DNA of 64,000 bases, from positions 32,136-96,135 of the forward strand of contig DASPMO010000054.1 of NCBI GenBank assembly GCA_035627015.1, in the 5' to 3' direction. Source of the stretch: Thermoanaerobaculia bacterium (lineage in GTDB: Bacteria > Acidobacteriota > Thermoanaerobaculia > Gp7-AA8). A model generated the notes under the pieces. It saw only the letters and a list, made by a program, of their open reading frames with translations, was not told where the DNA came from and made no database searches. Below, piece after piece: positions 47,678 through 56,882 of this stretch (the stretch's first letter is position 1; each line of letters starts with the position of its first letter). The translations under genes and the position numbers were made by a program.

Positions 47678-48730
47678 ATGGCGGTCATCGTCGTCCTGTT
47701 GTACGGGACGATGTGGGTCGGCGCGATCGTCGAGCTCCGCGACGCCCGCGACCGGCCCGTCACCATCGCCGGCGGCGAGCACACCGAGCCGGCCGCCCCT
47801 CCCCCCAGCCCGATGGAGAGCATCACCCGCTCGGTGAGCCCGGCCGTACCGAAGCCGGCGTACCTCTCCGACGCCATGCTCGGTTTCCTCCATCCGCTTC
47901 GCGGGCTCAGCGGCGACCTCCGCTATGCGCCGGCGCTTCCCGGCTCGCGGCTCGTGCAGTCGGTCCCCGGCGGCGCGACCGCGGTCATCGCCGGCAGTCC
48001 GGCCGACTTCCGGGCGCCGTCGAAGCCCGGCATCTACAGCTTCGCGGTGAAGATCCAACAGGCCCAGCGCCCGATCGAGGACATCAGCATCGTCACGCTC
48101 GTACCGCGCGCCCAGAAGAAGGCAGGGAAGATCGGCACGTATCAACTCGGCACGTGGCCGTTCGAGCGCGGCGGCACCCCCCGCTCCCCGCGCTACGCGG
48201 CGCCGCCCGGATTCATCCAGGTCACGCGCGACAACCAGGACTTCCAGGTCTCCGAGCATTTCCGGATCAAGCAGTTCCTGACCAAGGACCAGTTCAACGT
48301 CTGGCCGAAGTACGTGTTCATCGACCCGCTCCTGATCGACAAGCTGGAGCTGACCATCCAGGAGTTGAAGAAGGAAGGGGTGCGCGTGGAGCACGTGCAC
48401 GTCATGAGCGGCTTCCGCACGCCGCGCTACAACTCCGGCGGCGGCAACACGTCGGGACGGGCGAACCTGAGCCGGCACATGTACGGCGACGGCGCGGACG
48501 TCTACGTCGACAACAACCGCGACGGCCAGCCGGACGACATCACCGGCGACGGGCGCGTGACGGTCAGGGACGCGGAGAAATTCGCCGCCGCGGCCGAGCG
48601 CGTGGAGAAGAAGCACCGCACGCTCGTGGGCGGGATCGGAATCTACGTCGCGTGCTGCGGGCACGGACCTTTCACACACATCGACGTGCGCGGCTCCCGC
48701 GCCCGCTGGCGCGGGTCGGGCTCCGGCTGA
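47678..48730 (+). CDS. Peptidase M15A / DUF882 family protein (MepK/YcbK-like peptidoglycan LD-endopeptidase candidate), membrane-anchored
   Basis: N-terminal TM MAVIVVLLYGTMWVGAIV. C-terminal SGFRTPRYNSGGGNTSGRANLSRHMYGDGADVYV matches the SGYRxPxxNxxxGGxxxSxHxxGxAxD signature. Alternative GTG start at 47579. Confidence 0.6.
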   Translation: MAVIVVLLYGTMWVGAIVELRDARDRPVTIAGGEHTEPAAPPPSPMESITRSVSPAVPKPAYLSDAMLGFLHPLRGLSGDLRYAPALPGSRLVQSVPGGATAVIAGSPADFRAPSKPGIYSFAVKIQQAQRPIEDISIVTLVPRAQKKAGKIGTYQLGTWPFERGGTPRSPRYAAPPGFIQVTRDNQDFQVSEHFRIKQFLTKDQFNVWPKYVFIDPLLIDKLELTIQELKKEGVRVEHVHVMSGFRTPRYNSGGGNTSGRANLSRHMYGDGADVYVDNNRDGQPDDITGDGRVTVRDAEKFAAAAERVEKKHRTLVGGIGIYVACCGHGPFTHIDVRGSRARWRGSGSG

Positions 48731-48746
48731 TTCGAAGGAGGTAGAG

Positions 48747-49187
48747 GTGGCTACAGAGATTACATGCCCCGAATGTCAGAGCAGGCGAACCGACCCGTCG
48801 GTGGTCTGCCCGACGTGCGGCGCCCCGCCGGTACGCGAGGGGGACAAGCGCACCCTCGAAGAGGAAGTGCGCTCCCAGGACCTCGAGCCGTACATCACGC
48901 TTCGCTACATCGCCCGGCTGTTCAAGGTGCTGGCGGTGCTGATGGTGGTCATGCTGATCGGCGAGATCATCGCCGGCCTCTCCACCGATGCCTCGGAGGC
49001 CTTGCCGACGCTGATCGGCGAGGTGACGCAGATGCTCGTGCTGGCGGGACTGATGTGGGGCGGCGGCGACCTGACGCTGCTGGTGATCGACGCCGGCCAT
49101 GACCTGCGCGTGGCGCGCATCCTCCTCGGCCGCATCAACCACGAGCTGCACCGCCAGAACTCGGAAGACCGGAAAAAGTTGACGTAG
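48747..49187 (+). CDS. Zinc-ribbon / membrane hypothetical protein (146 aa)
   Basis: RBS GAAGGAGG. CPECQ...CPTCG N-terminus, hydrophobic middle. The stop TAG is supplied by the following REP (ACGTAGG). Confidence 0.5.
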   Translation: MATEITCPECQSRRTDPSVVCPTCGAPPVREGDKRTLEEEVRSQDLEPYITLRYIARLFKVLAVLMVVMLIGEIIAGLSTDASEALPTLIGEVTQMLVLAGLMWGGGDLTLLVIDAGHDLRVARILLGRINHELHRQNSEDRKKLT

Positions 49188-49210
49188 GGCGGGCTTCAGC
49201 CCGCCCGAAG
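49182..49210. repeat. Family-B REP hairpin
   Basis: GACGTAGGGCGGGCTTCAGCCCGCCCGAAG. Confidence 0.6.
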
Positions 49211-49621
49211 CAAAAATGAGTGTGAAGGCACTCAGAATCGATTGGCGCCGAGGAAACGCCGGCTGCGGCCGTGCTGCGGTTTGATGCGCCACGCTGAATG
49301 TTTGCTCGCTCGGCGCTGACGTTTGCTCCGCGCGTGCCGCGCGTTCATGGCGTCGAGATCGTTCCAGCTCGAGTCGCGCTGGACAAATGGAGCGAAGCTG
49401 CCCGGGAACAGCACAAGTCCATCAACTTGCAGCACGTCCCGGGCAGAATTTTGCTTTGAAACACCGCCGTCCAGCTGCCGGCGAGCTGGAAATCCCTCGG
49501 CGCCAGCAGGTGCCGGCTCGAAGTCATCATCCTTTTGCTCCGGCGGAACAAAAATTCAGCGCCGCCGAGCAAGAGACAGCAGTGGCGGCAATCCGCGAAT
49601 CTCGCGGCACCGTCCGTCTAG

Positions 49622-50104
49622 CTAGGTCTTCCCCATCAACTCGCGCTTGCGCGCTTCCATGCGCTCGCCGAGCTCGCGCAGCTCGTCGCGCTCCATCACC
49701 TGCCGCGCGCGCGGGAACATCTCTTTCTCCTCTTCCTCGGCGTGGTGCTCGACGAGCTCCTTGAGCACCTTTGCCTTGGCCTTCAGCTCTTCGTTGTTCG
49801 CGCCGCTGCCGGCCTCGGGGAGGAAGGTCTTCACGACGCCGTGCTCTTCGACGGCCTCGTAGTACATGGTCTGGTCGTCTTTCTTCCGCGCGGCCTCGCG
49901 CCAGGCGGGATAGAAGATCTCCTCCTCGATCGTGGTGTGGATCTGCAGCTCCTGCTCGATCTGGCCGAGGAGCTTCGTGCGCCGCGGGCCGGTGGCGCGC
50001 TCGAGCGAGTCGAGCAGGTCCATCACTTTCTTATGGTCTTCCTTGAGCAGCCCGATCGCGTCGGCCGGGGATTTCTTCTTCGCCGTCTTCTTCGTTGCAG
50101 CCAT
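49622..50104 (-). CDS. Hemerythrin HHE cation-binding domain protein
   Basis: LKEDHKKVMDLL...ELQIHTTIEEEIFYP...ELVEHHAEEEEKEMFP (H/E metal ligands). Confidence 0.8.
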   Translation of the reverse strand: MAATKKTAKKKSPADAIGLLKEDHKKVMDLLDSLERATGPRRTKLLGQIEQELQIHTTIEEEIFYPAWREAARKKDDQTMYYEAVEEHGVVKTFLPEAGSGANNEELKAKAKVLKELVEHHAEEEEKEMFPRARQVMERDELRELGERMEARKRELMGKT

Positions 50105-50149
50105 CTGTGATCCTCCGCGGCGCGAAGGATCACGATGCGTGCCCGCGGC

Positions 50150-50560
50150 TCAGACGATGGAGCGCGTAAGTGTCTCTTTCAGCTCGCGGTAGACGTTTTC
50201 GGGCGGGATCCCCAGCTCGCGGAAGCCGCCGGCGCGGCGGAAGAGCGTCTCCGCGGTCTTCTCGTCGAAGGTCACGTTGCGGTTGTTCAGCTCACAGAAG
50301 GCGAGGAGCGACGCCAGCGCCACCCGGCGATTGCCGCCGCGGAACGGGCGCGCCTGCAGCAGCGCGAAGACGAAGGCCGCCGCTTTGTCGGAGAAGGTCG
50401 GATAGGCCTCGCGTCCGAGAGTCGTGATCTGCGGGCGCTGGACGGCGTTCATCAGTCCGAACTGCGACTCCACCACGCCGGGATGCGCCTGGTTGCCGCC
50501 GAACTCCGCACAGACCGCCCGGTGCAGGTCGACCACGTCCTGCACGGTGAGATAGCGCAC
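50150..50560 (-). CDS. Doc/Fic-family (death-on-curing-like) toxin domain protein
   Basis: 136 aa from a GTG start. ...QARPFRGGNRRVALA resembles the Doc motif HxFxDGNKR. 7 nt downstream of the Lys-rich ORF. Confidence 0.65.
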   Translation of the reverse strand: MRYLTVQDVVDLHRAVCAEFGGNQAHPGVVESQFGLMNAVQRPQITTLGREAYPTFSDKAAAFVFALLQARPFRGGNRRVALASLLAFCELNNRNVTFDEKTAETLFRRAGGFRELGIPPENVYRELKETLTRSIV

Positions 50561-50567
50561 GCCCGCG

Positions 50568-50921
50568 TCAGTCGGTGAGCTTGCGGAAAGCGTTGGGGTA
50601 CTTCTTGACGGCGTGCTTGAAGGCGTTGGCGACGGCGGGGTTGGAGAAGGAGCCGCCGGCTTCGGCTGGGCCTTTGGCGGACTTGCCGCCGCCGCCTTCT
50701 TTGCCGGCGGGGGCGCCGTTGCCTTTTTCGGTTCCGGCTTTTTTGATGCTGATTTTGCCGCTTTCGGCTTTGGCAGCGCCCGCAGGAGCGCCTTTGCTGC
50801 CGCCTTTACCCGCGGCGCTTTGGCTGCCGCCTTCTTTGGTGGGGCTGCTGCTTTTTTTGACTGCTGAGGTCTGGCTGCTTTTGCCGCCGGTTTTGGCTTT
50901 TGCTTTGTCGCCATGCGTCAT
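50568..50921 (-). CDS. Lys/Ala/Gly-rich intrinsically disordered protein (histone-H1-like tail), putative partner of the Doc-like toxin
   Basis: RBS GAGGA 5 nt before ATG. MTHGDKAKAKTGGKSSQTSAVKK...NPAVANAFKHAVKKYPNAFRKLTD. The alternative reading is a single 254-aa fusion in another frame. Confidence 0.45.
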   Translation of the reverse strand: MTHGDKAKAKTGGKSSQTSAVKKSSSPTKEGGSQSAAGKGGSKGAPAGAAKAESGKISIKKAGTEKGNGAPAGKEGGGGKSAKGPAEAGGSFSNPAVANAFKHAVKKYPNAFRKLTD

Positions 50922-51086
50922 CTGCGTCCTCAGGCCGTCAGTTTAACTCTGTTAAGTCCTTGAGTCAACGGAGGTTACGCCTGAGTCATGAAATGACCCG
51001 CCAAAATCGGAAAGCGAGCGGGAAGCGTAAGTCACTGAAAAGGTGCAGGTTAAAGCAAACCATTACCTGCACTGAATTTTGTGCAA

Positions 51087-51392
51087 TCAGACGCCGTCCG
51101 CGTCGGGATTCGCGGCTGCCGAGGCTGCGGCGTCGCTCGTTCCTTCCACCAGAGGCGTCGCCTCGATAGCCAGAAAGTCCGTGGCCGAGGGGGCCAGGGT
51201 GTAGCCCTCCTCGCCGGCGACGAGGAAGCCCTTGCCCACCAGCGACACGGCCGGCTTCTCCCCGACCGCCCCCACGGGATGCTTGATGGCCTTGATCGTG
51301 TCGAGCGGCAGCGTCTGGGCGTTCAGGCGGCGGAACTCCTGGAGCACGCGAATCTCCTCGGAGGAGAGGCCAAGCGGAAGGTGGATTGCCAT
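51087..51392 (-). CDS. Hypothetical small protein (101 aa)
   Basis: Clean ORF directly abutting family-A element copy 3. Confidence 0.4.
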   Translation of the reverse strand: MAIHLPLGLSSEEIRVLQEFRRLNAQTLPLDTIKAIKHPVGAVGEKPAVSLVGKGFLVAGEEGYTLAPSATDFLAIEATPLVEGTSDAAASAAANPDADGV

Positions 51393-51397
51393 GGCGG

Positions 51398-51528
51398 GAG
51401 ATTAATGTATGGAGTGCGCGAGCGCCAGCTCGCGCTCTCGATGCGGGAGGCGCCAGCCTCCCGCCCCCCGGCGCAGCTGGCGCTGCGGCATAGAGAGCGC
51501 GAGCTGGCGCTCGCGCACTCCAGATCAG
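51398..51528. repeat. Family-A palindromic element, copy 3
   Basis: GTATGGAGTGCGCGAGCGCCAGCTCGCGCTCTCGATGCGGGAGGCGCCAGCCTCCCG...GCGAGCTGGCGCTCGCGCACTCCAGATC. Confidence 0.6.
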
Positions 51529-52316
51529 GGCTGGCACCTGGGGCACCAGTAGGTTCCCCGCGCGTCCTTGCCCTGTTTGGCGTACTCGATCGGCGTGCCG
51601 CAGCGCCGGCAGGGTTTGCGGCCGCGGCTGTAGACGTACTGCTTCTGGCTCGGGTCGAGGCTGAAGGTGGTGATGCGGGCGGGGGAGCGTTTCTGGATGT
51701 TGGCCAGCATCACCTTCCGGGAGAGCTTGAGGATCGTGTCGAGCTGTTCGTCGGTGAGGTCGCGCACTTTCGCGAACGGGCTGACCCGCGACATGAACAG
51801 CAGCTCGCTCTTGTACTCGTTGCCGATGCCGGAGACGACGCGCTGGTTGAGGAGCACGTCGGCGATCTCTTCGTCGGGCCGGGCGCGGATGCGGCGCACG
51901 GCCTCTTCCTGGTCGAACGTCTCGCCGAGAAAGTCGGGGCCGATGTTCAGGAGGTCGTCCTGCCGCTCCAGCGAGCGGGAGTCGTGCATCTCCGCCACCG
52001 GGACGTTGAACGCCACCGCCACCCAGGCGTCGGTCTCGAGGATGATGCGCATGTCGCTGAAGCGCTTCCGCCACCGCTCGCCCGGCTTGTAGAGGTGCCA
52101 CGAGCCGTTCATGCGCATGTGCGTGCGCAGGTGGAGGTCGCCGGAGAAGTGCATGAGCAGGTTCTTTCCGGCGGCGTCGACGCGCTCGACGGTGCGGCCG
52201 GTCATCTCCACGCGCGCGAGCTGCGGGAAGACGGTCTCGAAGCGGAGGATGGTGCGTCCCGCCAGCGCCGCGTGCAGGGTGCGCGCGGCGCGGTGGATGG
52301 TATCGCCCTCAGGCAT
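51525..52316 (-). CDS. Fpg/Nei-family DNA glycosylase (formamidopyrimidine-DNA glycosylase / endonuclease VIII-like)
   Basis: N-terminal MPEGDTIH (catalytic Pro2/Glu3). C-terminal zinc finger CRRCG...CPRCQ. Its start overlaps the lhr stop by 8 bp. Confidence 0.85.
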   Translation of the reverse strand: MPEGDTIHRAARTLHAALAGRTILRFETVFPQLARVEMTGRTVERVDAAGKNLLMHFSGDLHLRTHMRMNGSWHLYKPGERWRKRFSDMRIILETDAWVAVAFNVPVAEMHDSRSLERQDDLLNIGPDFLGETFDQEEAVRRIRARPDEEIADVLLNQRVVSGIGNEYKSELLFMSRVSPFAKVRDLTDEQLDTILKLSRKVMLANIQKRSPARITTFSLDPSQKQYVYSRGRKPCRRCGTPIEYAKQGKDARGTYWCPRCQP

Positions 52317-55300
52317 GCCTGGCCCGCAACTGCATCCCCATGGCCGTGGCCACGAATCCTTCTTCCGCCAGGAACGGCGCCAGCGCCGAGCGCGACGCCG
52401 GCTCGTCGTTGACTTCGGCCACGAGCAGCGCCCGCCGCCCTCCTTCATGGACGAGCGCTGCCAGCGTCTTCGCGATCTCCCTCCCGACCATGGACCGCGT
52501 CGGCTCGTCGTCGGGGAGGAAGACGTAGAACTGCTTCTCGCCGCGCGAGACGTAGCAGGCCATGAGGCCGTTCACGAGGATGACCTCGGCGCCGACGCTG
52601 CGGGAGAGCATCCAGCTCGACTCCGGCCACTTCACGATCGCGCCGTACGGATTGGCCGGGTCGGTGGCGGCCAGCCGGACCGTCTCCGGCGCCTCCGGCT
52701 CGTCTTTCAGGGCGCGCAGGAGGTCGATCGCGCCGCCGCTGGCGAACTGCGTCGCGCCGAGGCCGGCCACGAAGTAGCCGCGGCGGATGCGTCCCGCGTC
52801 TTCCATGCCGCGGAGCACGGGATAGACGGCGGAAAAGCCGCCGAAGATGTTCTCCAGCGCCGGCGCCTCCCGCGTGACCAGGCCGTAGCGCGACAGCAAC
52901 TGCTGCGCGAGCGCCGCGGCGCGCTGCGTGTCGTTGGCGTTCCCCGACGGGACGAGCGACCAGCGTCCCTGCGTCGACGCCGGCGCCACGCGCCGCGAGC
53001 GGAAGCCGCTCGTGCGCGTCGACTTCGGCCGCGTGTAGGCGCGCAGCGCGTGGAAGGTGTCGTTCGTGACCACCCCCTTCCAGACCAGGTCCCAGAGCGC
53101 GTCCGTCAGCTCCGCCGGGAAGCCGCCGAGCGCTCCCTGCATGAGATTGAAGAAGGAGGCGCCGTGCGCGCGAAGGTAGTCCACCACCGAGTCCCCTCTC
53201 CCCTCGGGGGAGAGGGGAGGGTGAGGGGCGAGCAGCGGCAAATGATCCGTCAGATACAACGCGATCCGCCCGTCGCGCTCTCCCAGCGGCTCCACCCCCA
53301 CCCACACGATCTCCCCCGCGGCCGAAAGCGTGTCGAGGTCCGACGACTTGTAGTCGACGATGCGCGCGGCGAGGATCTCGCTCTCGAAGATCGACGCCGC
53401 CATCGGGAAGCCCTGCAGCGTCTCGATCACTTCCAAGAGGGCGTCGAGGCCGCGGCGCTTGCGGGTGACGCTCTGCCAGTTGGCGAAGAGGCGCGCCAGC
53501 ACCGGCTGGTCGACTGGCTCCGCCTCCTTGCGCAGCTTGGCCAGCGACCGGCGGCGGATGGTGCGCAGTACGTCCTGCTCGCACCACTCGCGCTGCGTGC
53601 CGTTCGGGCGGAACTCCCCCTCGATGAGGCGGCCGCGCTCGACGAACCGCTCCAGCGTCAGCGTGACCACCGCCACGCCGAGGCCGTAGCGGCGGGCCAC
53701 GTCGTTCGGCACGAACGGGCCGTGCGTGCGCGCAAAGCGGAGGACGAGATCGCCGACCGCGTCCTGCACCGGCTGCAGGTAGCGCTCGGCCACGCCGTGG
53801 GGGATGGGGGTACCGAGGGCGTCGCGGTAGCGCGAGGCGTCCTCGACGGCGATGTAGCGCTTTTCCTTCGCCACGGTGACCTCGAGGATGCGGCGCGTTT
53901 TCACGAGCTCACGTAGGACGGGCTTCAGCCCGTCTGGTCGGGCTGAAGCCCGACCTGCGTCGAGCGCACTTCGCGCTTCGATTTCTTCTTCCGAGAGGTC
54001 GCCCAGCCGGAGTAAGAGGTCGTGGATCGCATCCGCGTTCTTCGCCTTATGCCGCTCGTCGAGGTGCTGCAGCTCGAGCTCCATCTGCGCCAGCGAGTCG
54101 GGGTCGAGCAGCTCGCGCAGCTCCGGCTCGCCGAGGAGCTCGCGGAGCTGCGACTGGTCGATGGCCAGTGCCTGCGCGCGGCGCTCGGCCAGCGGCGCGT
54201 CGCCGTCGTAGAGGAAGTTGGCCACGTAGCGGAAGAGCACCGAGGCGGCGAACGGCGACGGCTTGAGCGTATCGGCGGTGTGCACGCGGATCGTGCGCTG
54301 GCGGATCTTCTTCGTCAGCTCGACGAGGGCCGGCACGTCGAAGACGTCGCGCAGCGTTTCGCGGTACGTCTCCAGGATGATCGGGAACGAGCCGAAGCGT
54401 GCCGCCACCTGCAGCAGGTCGTAGGCGCGCTTGCGCTGCTGCCAGAGCGGCGTGCGTCCCTGGATGCGGGTGCGCGGCAGGAGCAGCGCGCGGGCCGCGG
54501 CCTCGCGGAACTTCGCGGCGAACATCGAGCTGGCCCCGAGCTGGCGGAGCAGGAGCTGCTCCACTTCATCGGGATCGGGGAGGACCAGGTCGACGTTCGG
54601 CGGGTGGTCGGTCTCGGGGAAGCGCACGATGAAGCCGTCGTCGCTCCACATCGTCTCGACGTCGATGGCCATCTCGTTGCGCACCTTCGCCGTCACGGCC
54701 ATGGCCCACGGCGCGTGGATCTTGCCGCCGAACGGCGAGAGGACGCAGACGCGCCAGTCGCCCAGCTCGTCGACCACGCGCTCGACGACGATGGTGCGGT
54801 CGTCGGGGACCGCGCCCGTGGCCTCCTGCTGGTCCATCAGATATTGAAGGAAGTTCTCCGCGGCCCGCTCGTCGAGATCGTGTCTCTTCACCAGCCGCTG
54901 GATCGCGGCGGCGCGCGGCGTCTCGCGGATCTCGCGCACGAGCTTCCCGATGGCCTCGCCGAAGGGGACCGTGCGCTCCGCGGAGTCGGCCTTCCAGAAC
55001 GGCATCTTCCCCGGCTGCCCCGGCGCGGGGGTGACGATGACCTTATCGTGGGTGATCTCCTCGATGCGCCACGTCGAGGCGCCGAGGACGAACGTCTCCC
55101 CGGGAGAGGTCTCGAAGACCATCTCTTCATCGAGCTCGCCGACGCGCGCGGACTGGTTCTTCTCCGTGCCGGCCAGGAAGACGCCGTACAGCCCGCGGTC
55201 GGGGATCGTGCCGCCGCTGGTGATGGCGATGCGCTTCGCCCCCTGCCGCGCGGTGAGCGTGTTGGCCACGCGGTCCCAGGTGATGCGCGGGCGGAGCTCC

Positions 55301-56793
55301 GCGAATTCGTCGGAGGGATAGAGGCCGGAGAGCATGTCCAGCACGCCGTCGAACGACGTGCGCGTCAGCTCGGCGAACGGCGCGGCGGTGCGCACGAGGT
55401 TGTAGAGATCGTCGACCGACCAGGCGTCCATGGCCACCATGGCCACGATGTGCTGGGCCAGGACGTCGAGCGGGTTGCGCGGATAGCGCGTCGGCTCGAT
55501 GGCGCCGGTGTGCATGGCCTCGGCCACGGCGGCGCAGGCCACCAGGTCGCCGCGGAACTTCGGGAAGATGATCCCGCTCGACTCCGCGCCCACCTGATGG
55601 CTGGCCCGTCCGATGCGCTGCATCCCGGAGGCGATGGACGGCGGCGCCTCGATCTGGATCACCAGGTCGATGGCGCCCATGTCGATGCCCAGCTCCAGCG
55701 ACGACGTGGCCACCAGCGCCGGGAGGCGTCCCGACTTCAGCGCGTCCTCGATCTCGGTGCGGTGGGCCCGGGCGATGGAGCCGTGATGCGCGTGCACGAG
55801 CGTCTCGCCGGCGAGCTCGTTCAGCGCGCCGGCCAGCCGCTCCGCCAGGCGGCGCGAGTTCACGAAGATGAGCGTCGACGTGTGCGCTTTGATCAGCTCG
55901 AGGAGGCGCGGGTGGATGGCCGGCCAGATCGACGTCCCCTTCGGTCCGGCGGAAGCGGGACCGCTCGTGATCTCCAGCGTCTCGCCGAGGCGGGCCATGT
56001 CTTCCACCGGCACTTCGACCTTCAGCGTCAGCTTTTTCTTCTCGCCGGTGTCGATGATGGACGTAGGGCGGGCTTCAGCCCGCCCCTCCCCGGGGGGACG
56101 GGCTGAAGCCCGTCCTACGTCGTACCCCCCCAGGAACCGCGCCACCTCTTCCAGCGGCCGCTGCGTGGCCGAGAGACCGATCCGCTGCGGCGGCTTCTCG
56201 CAGCGCGCGGTCAGGCGCTCGATCGAGAGGGCCATGTGCGCGCCGCGCTTGTTCGGCACCAGGGCGTGGATCTCGTCGATGACGATCGTCTCCACCCCCT
56301 GCAGTACCTCGCGCGCGTTGGAGGTCATCATCAGATACAGCGACTCGGGGGTGGTGATGAGGATGTCGGCCGGCTCGCGGGCGAAGCGGGCCCGCTCGGA
56401 CTGCGGCGTGTCGCCGGTGCGGATGGCGATCTCGGGGATGACGTACTCGTCGCCGCGCTGGGCGGCCACGTTGGAGATGCCGATCAGCGGCGCGCGGAGG
56501 TTGCGCTCCACGTCCACGGCCAGTGCCTTGAGCGGCGAGACGTACAGCACGCGGCAGCGGCGCTCCTTGGGCGGGCGCGGCGTGAACATCAGCCGGTCGA
56601 GCGCCCAGAGGAACGCGGTGAGCGTTTTTCCACTCCCTGTAGGGGCGAAGATCAGCGTGTGCTCGCCGCGGGAAATGGCCGGCCAGCCGAGTTGCTGCGC
56701 GCGCGTCGGGGAGGGGAACGAAGCCGTAAACCATTCCCGTACGGCGGGATGGAACGGCTCGAGACCTGTCGTCGAACTTTTTTTACGAAGCAT
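52309..56793 (-). CDS. lhr: Lhr-family ATP-dependent DNA helicase (about 1495 aa) carrying two in-frame family-B REP insertions
   Basis: APTGSGKT (motif I), VIDEIH (DExH), LSATQ, the large C-terminal Lhr extension. The REP peptides GRASARPPGEGRAEARPTS and GRASARPDGLKPVL lie in inter-motif loops. Confidence 0.9.
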   Translation of the reverse strand: MLRKKSSTTGLEPFHPAVREWFTASFPSPTRAQQLGWPAISRGEHTLIFAPTGSGKTLTAFLWALDRLMFTPRPPKERRCRVLYVSPLKALAVDVERNLRAPLIGISNVAAQRGDEYVIPEIAIRTGDTPQSERARFAREPADILITTPESLYLMMTSNAREVLQGVETIVIDEIHALVPNKRGAHMALSIERLTARCEKPPQRIGLSATQRPLEEVARFLGGYDVGRASARPPGEGRAEARPTSIIDTGEKKKLTLKVEVPVEDMARLGETLEITSGPASAGPKGTSIWPAIHPRLLELIKAHTSTLIFVNSRRLAERLAGALNELAGETLVHAHHGSIARAHRTEIEDALKSGRLPALVATSSLELGIDMGAIDLVIQIEAPPSIASGMQRIGRASHQVGAESSGIIFPKFRGDLVACAAVAEAMHTGAIEPTRYPRNPLDVLAQHIVAMVAMDAWSVDDLYNLVRTAAPFAELTRTSFDGVLDMLSGLYPSDEFAELRPRITWDRVANTLTARQGAKRIAITSGGTIPDRGLYGVFLAGTEKNQSARVGELDEEMVFETSPGETFVLGASTWRIEEITHDKVIVTPAPGQPGKMPFWKADSAERTVPFGEAIGKLVREIRETPRAAAIQRLVKRHDLDERAAENFLQYLMDQQEATGAVPDDRTIVVERVVDELGDWRVCVLSPFGGKIHAPWAMAVTAKVRNEMAIDVETMWSDDGFIVRFPETDHPPNVDLVLPDPDEVEQLLLRQLGASSMFAAKFREAAARALLLPRTRIQGRTPLWQQRKRAYDLLQVAARFGSFPIILETYRETLRDVFDVPALVELTKKIRQRTIRVHTADTLKPSPFAASVLFRYVANFLYDGDAPLAERRAQALAIDQSQLRELLGEPELRELLDPDSLAQMELELQHLDERHKAKNADAIHDLLLRLGDLSEEEIEARSALDAGRASARPDGLKPVLRELVKTRRILEVTVAKEKRYIAVEDASRYRDALGTPIPHGVAERYLQPVQDAVGDLVLRFARTHGPFVPNDVARRYGLGVAVVTLTLERFVERGRLIEGEFRPNGTQREWCEQDVLRTIRRRSLAKLRKEAEPVDQPVLARLFANWQSVTRKRRGLDALLEVIETLQGFPMAASIFESEILAARIVDYKSSDLDTLSAAGEIVWVGVEPLGERDGRIALYLTDHLPLLAPHPPLSPEGRGDSVVDYLRAHGASFFNLMQGALGGFPAELTDALWDLVWKGVVTNDTFHALRAYTRPKSTRTSGFRSRRVAPASTQGRWSLVPSGNANDTQRAAALAQQLLSRYGLVTREAPALENIFGGFSAVYPVLRGMEDAGRIRRGYFVAGLGATQFASGGAIDLLRALKDEPEAPETVRLAATDPANPYGAIVKWPESSWMLSRSVGAEVILVNGLMACYVSRGEKQFYVFLPDDEPTRSMVGREIAKTLAALVHEGGRRALLVAEVNDEPASRSALAPFLAEEGFVATAMGMQLRARHA
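53910..53962. repeat. Family-B REP hairpin pair inside lhr
   Basis: CACGTAGGACGGGCTTCAGCCCGTCTGGTCGGGCTGAAGCCCGACCTGCGT. Confidence 0.7.
56060..56120. repeat. Family-B REP hairpin pair inside lhr
   Basis: GACGTAGGGCGGGCTTCAGCCCGCCCCTCCCCGGGGGGACGGGCTGAAGCCCGTCCTACGT. Confidence 0.7.
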
Positions 56794-56882
56794 GTGAGCG
56801 CCGTCACGCCGCTGGACTTTCCGGCGCGACGACTGCAAGAATAGTGAACAGCCCCCAGCGCAAGAGAGTGAAGGAATGGGAG

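Noticed and set aside
49232-49620. tmRNA (ssrA) or 6S RNA
   Set aside because: No GGGG...acceptor / ...TTCGANTCC...CCA tRNA-like ends and no ANDxxxALAA-type tag reading frame. The size is wrong for 6S and there is no central bubble symmetry.
50150-50914. Single 254-aa histone-H1-like/Doc fusion protein
   Set aside because: Not excluded, but the alternative frame (117-aa protein from ATG 50921) has a correctly spaced GAGGA RBS, whereas the 50914 ATG does not. The low-complexity DNA makes every frame look Lys/Ala-rich. Kept as an open alternative in findings.
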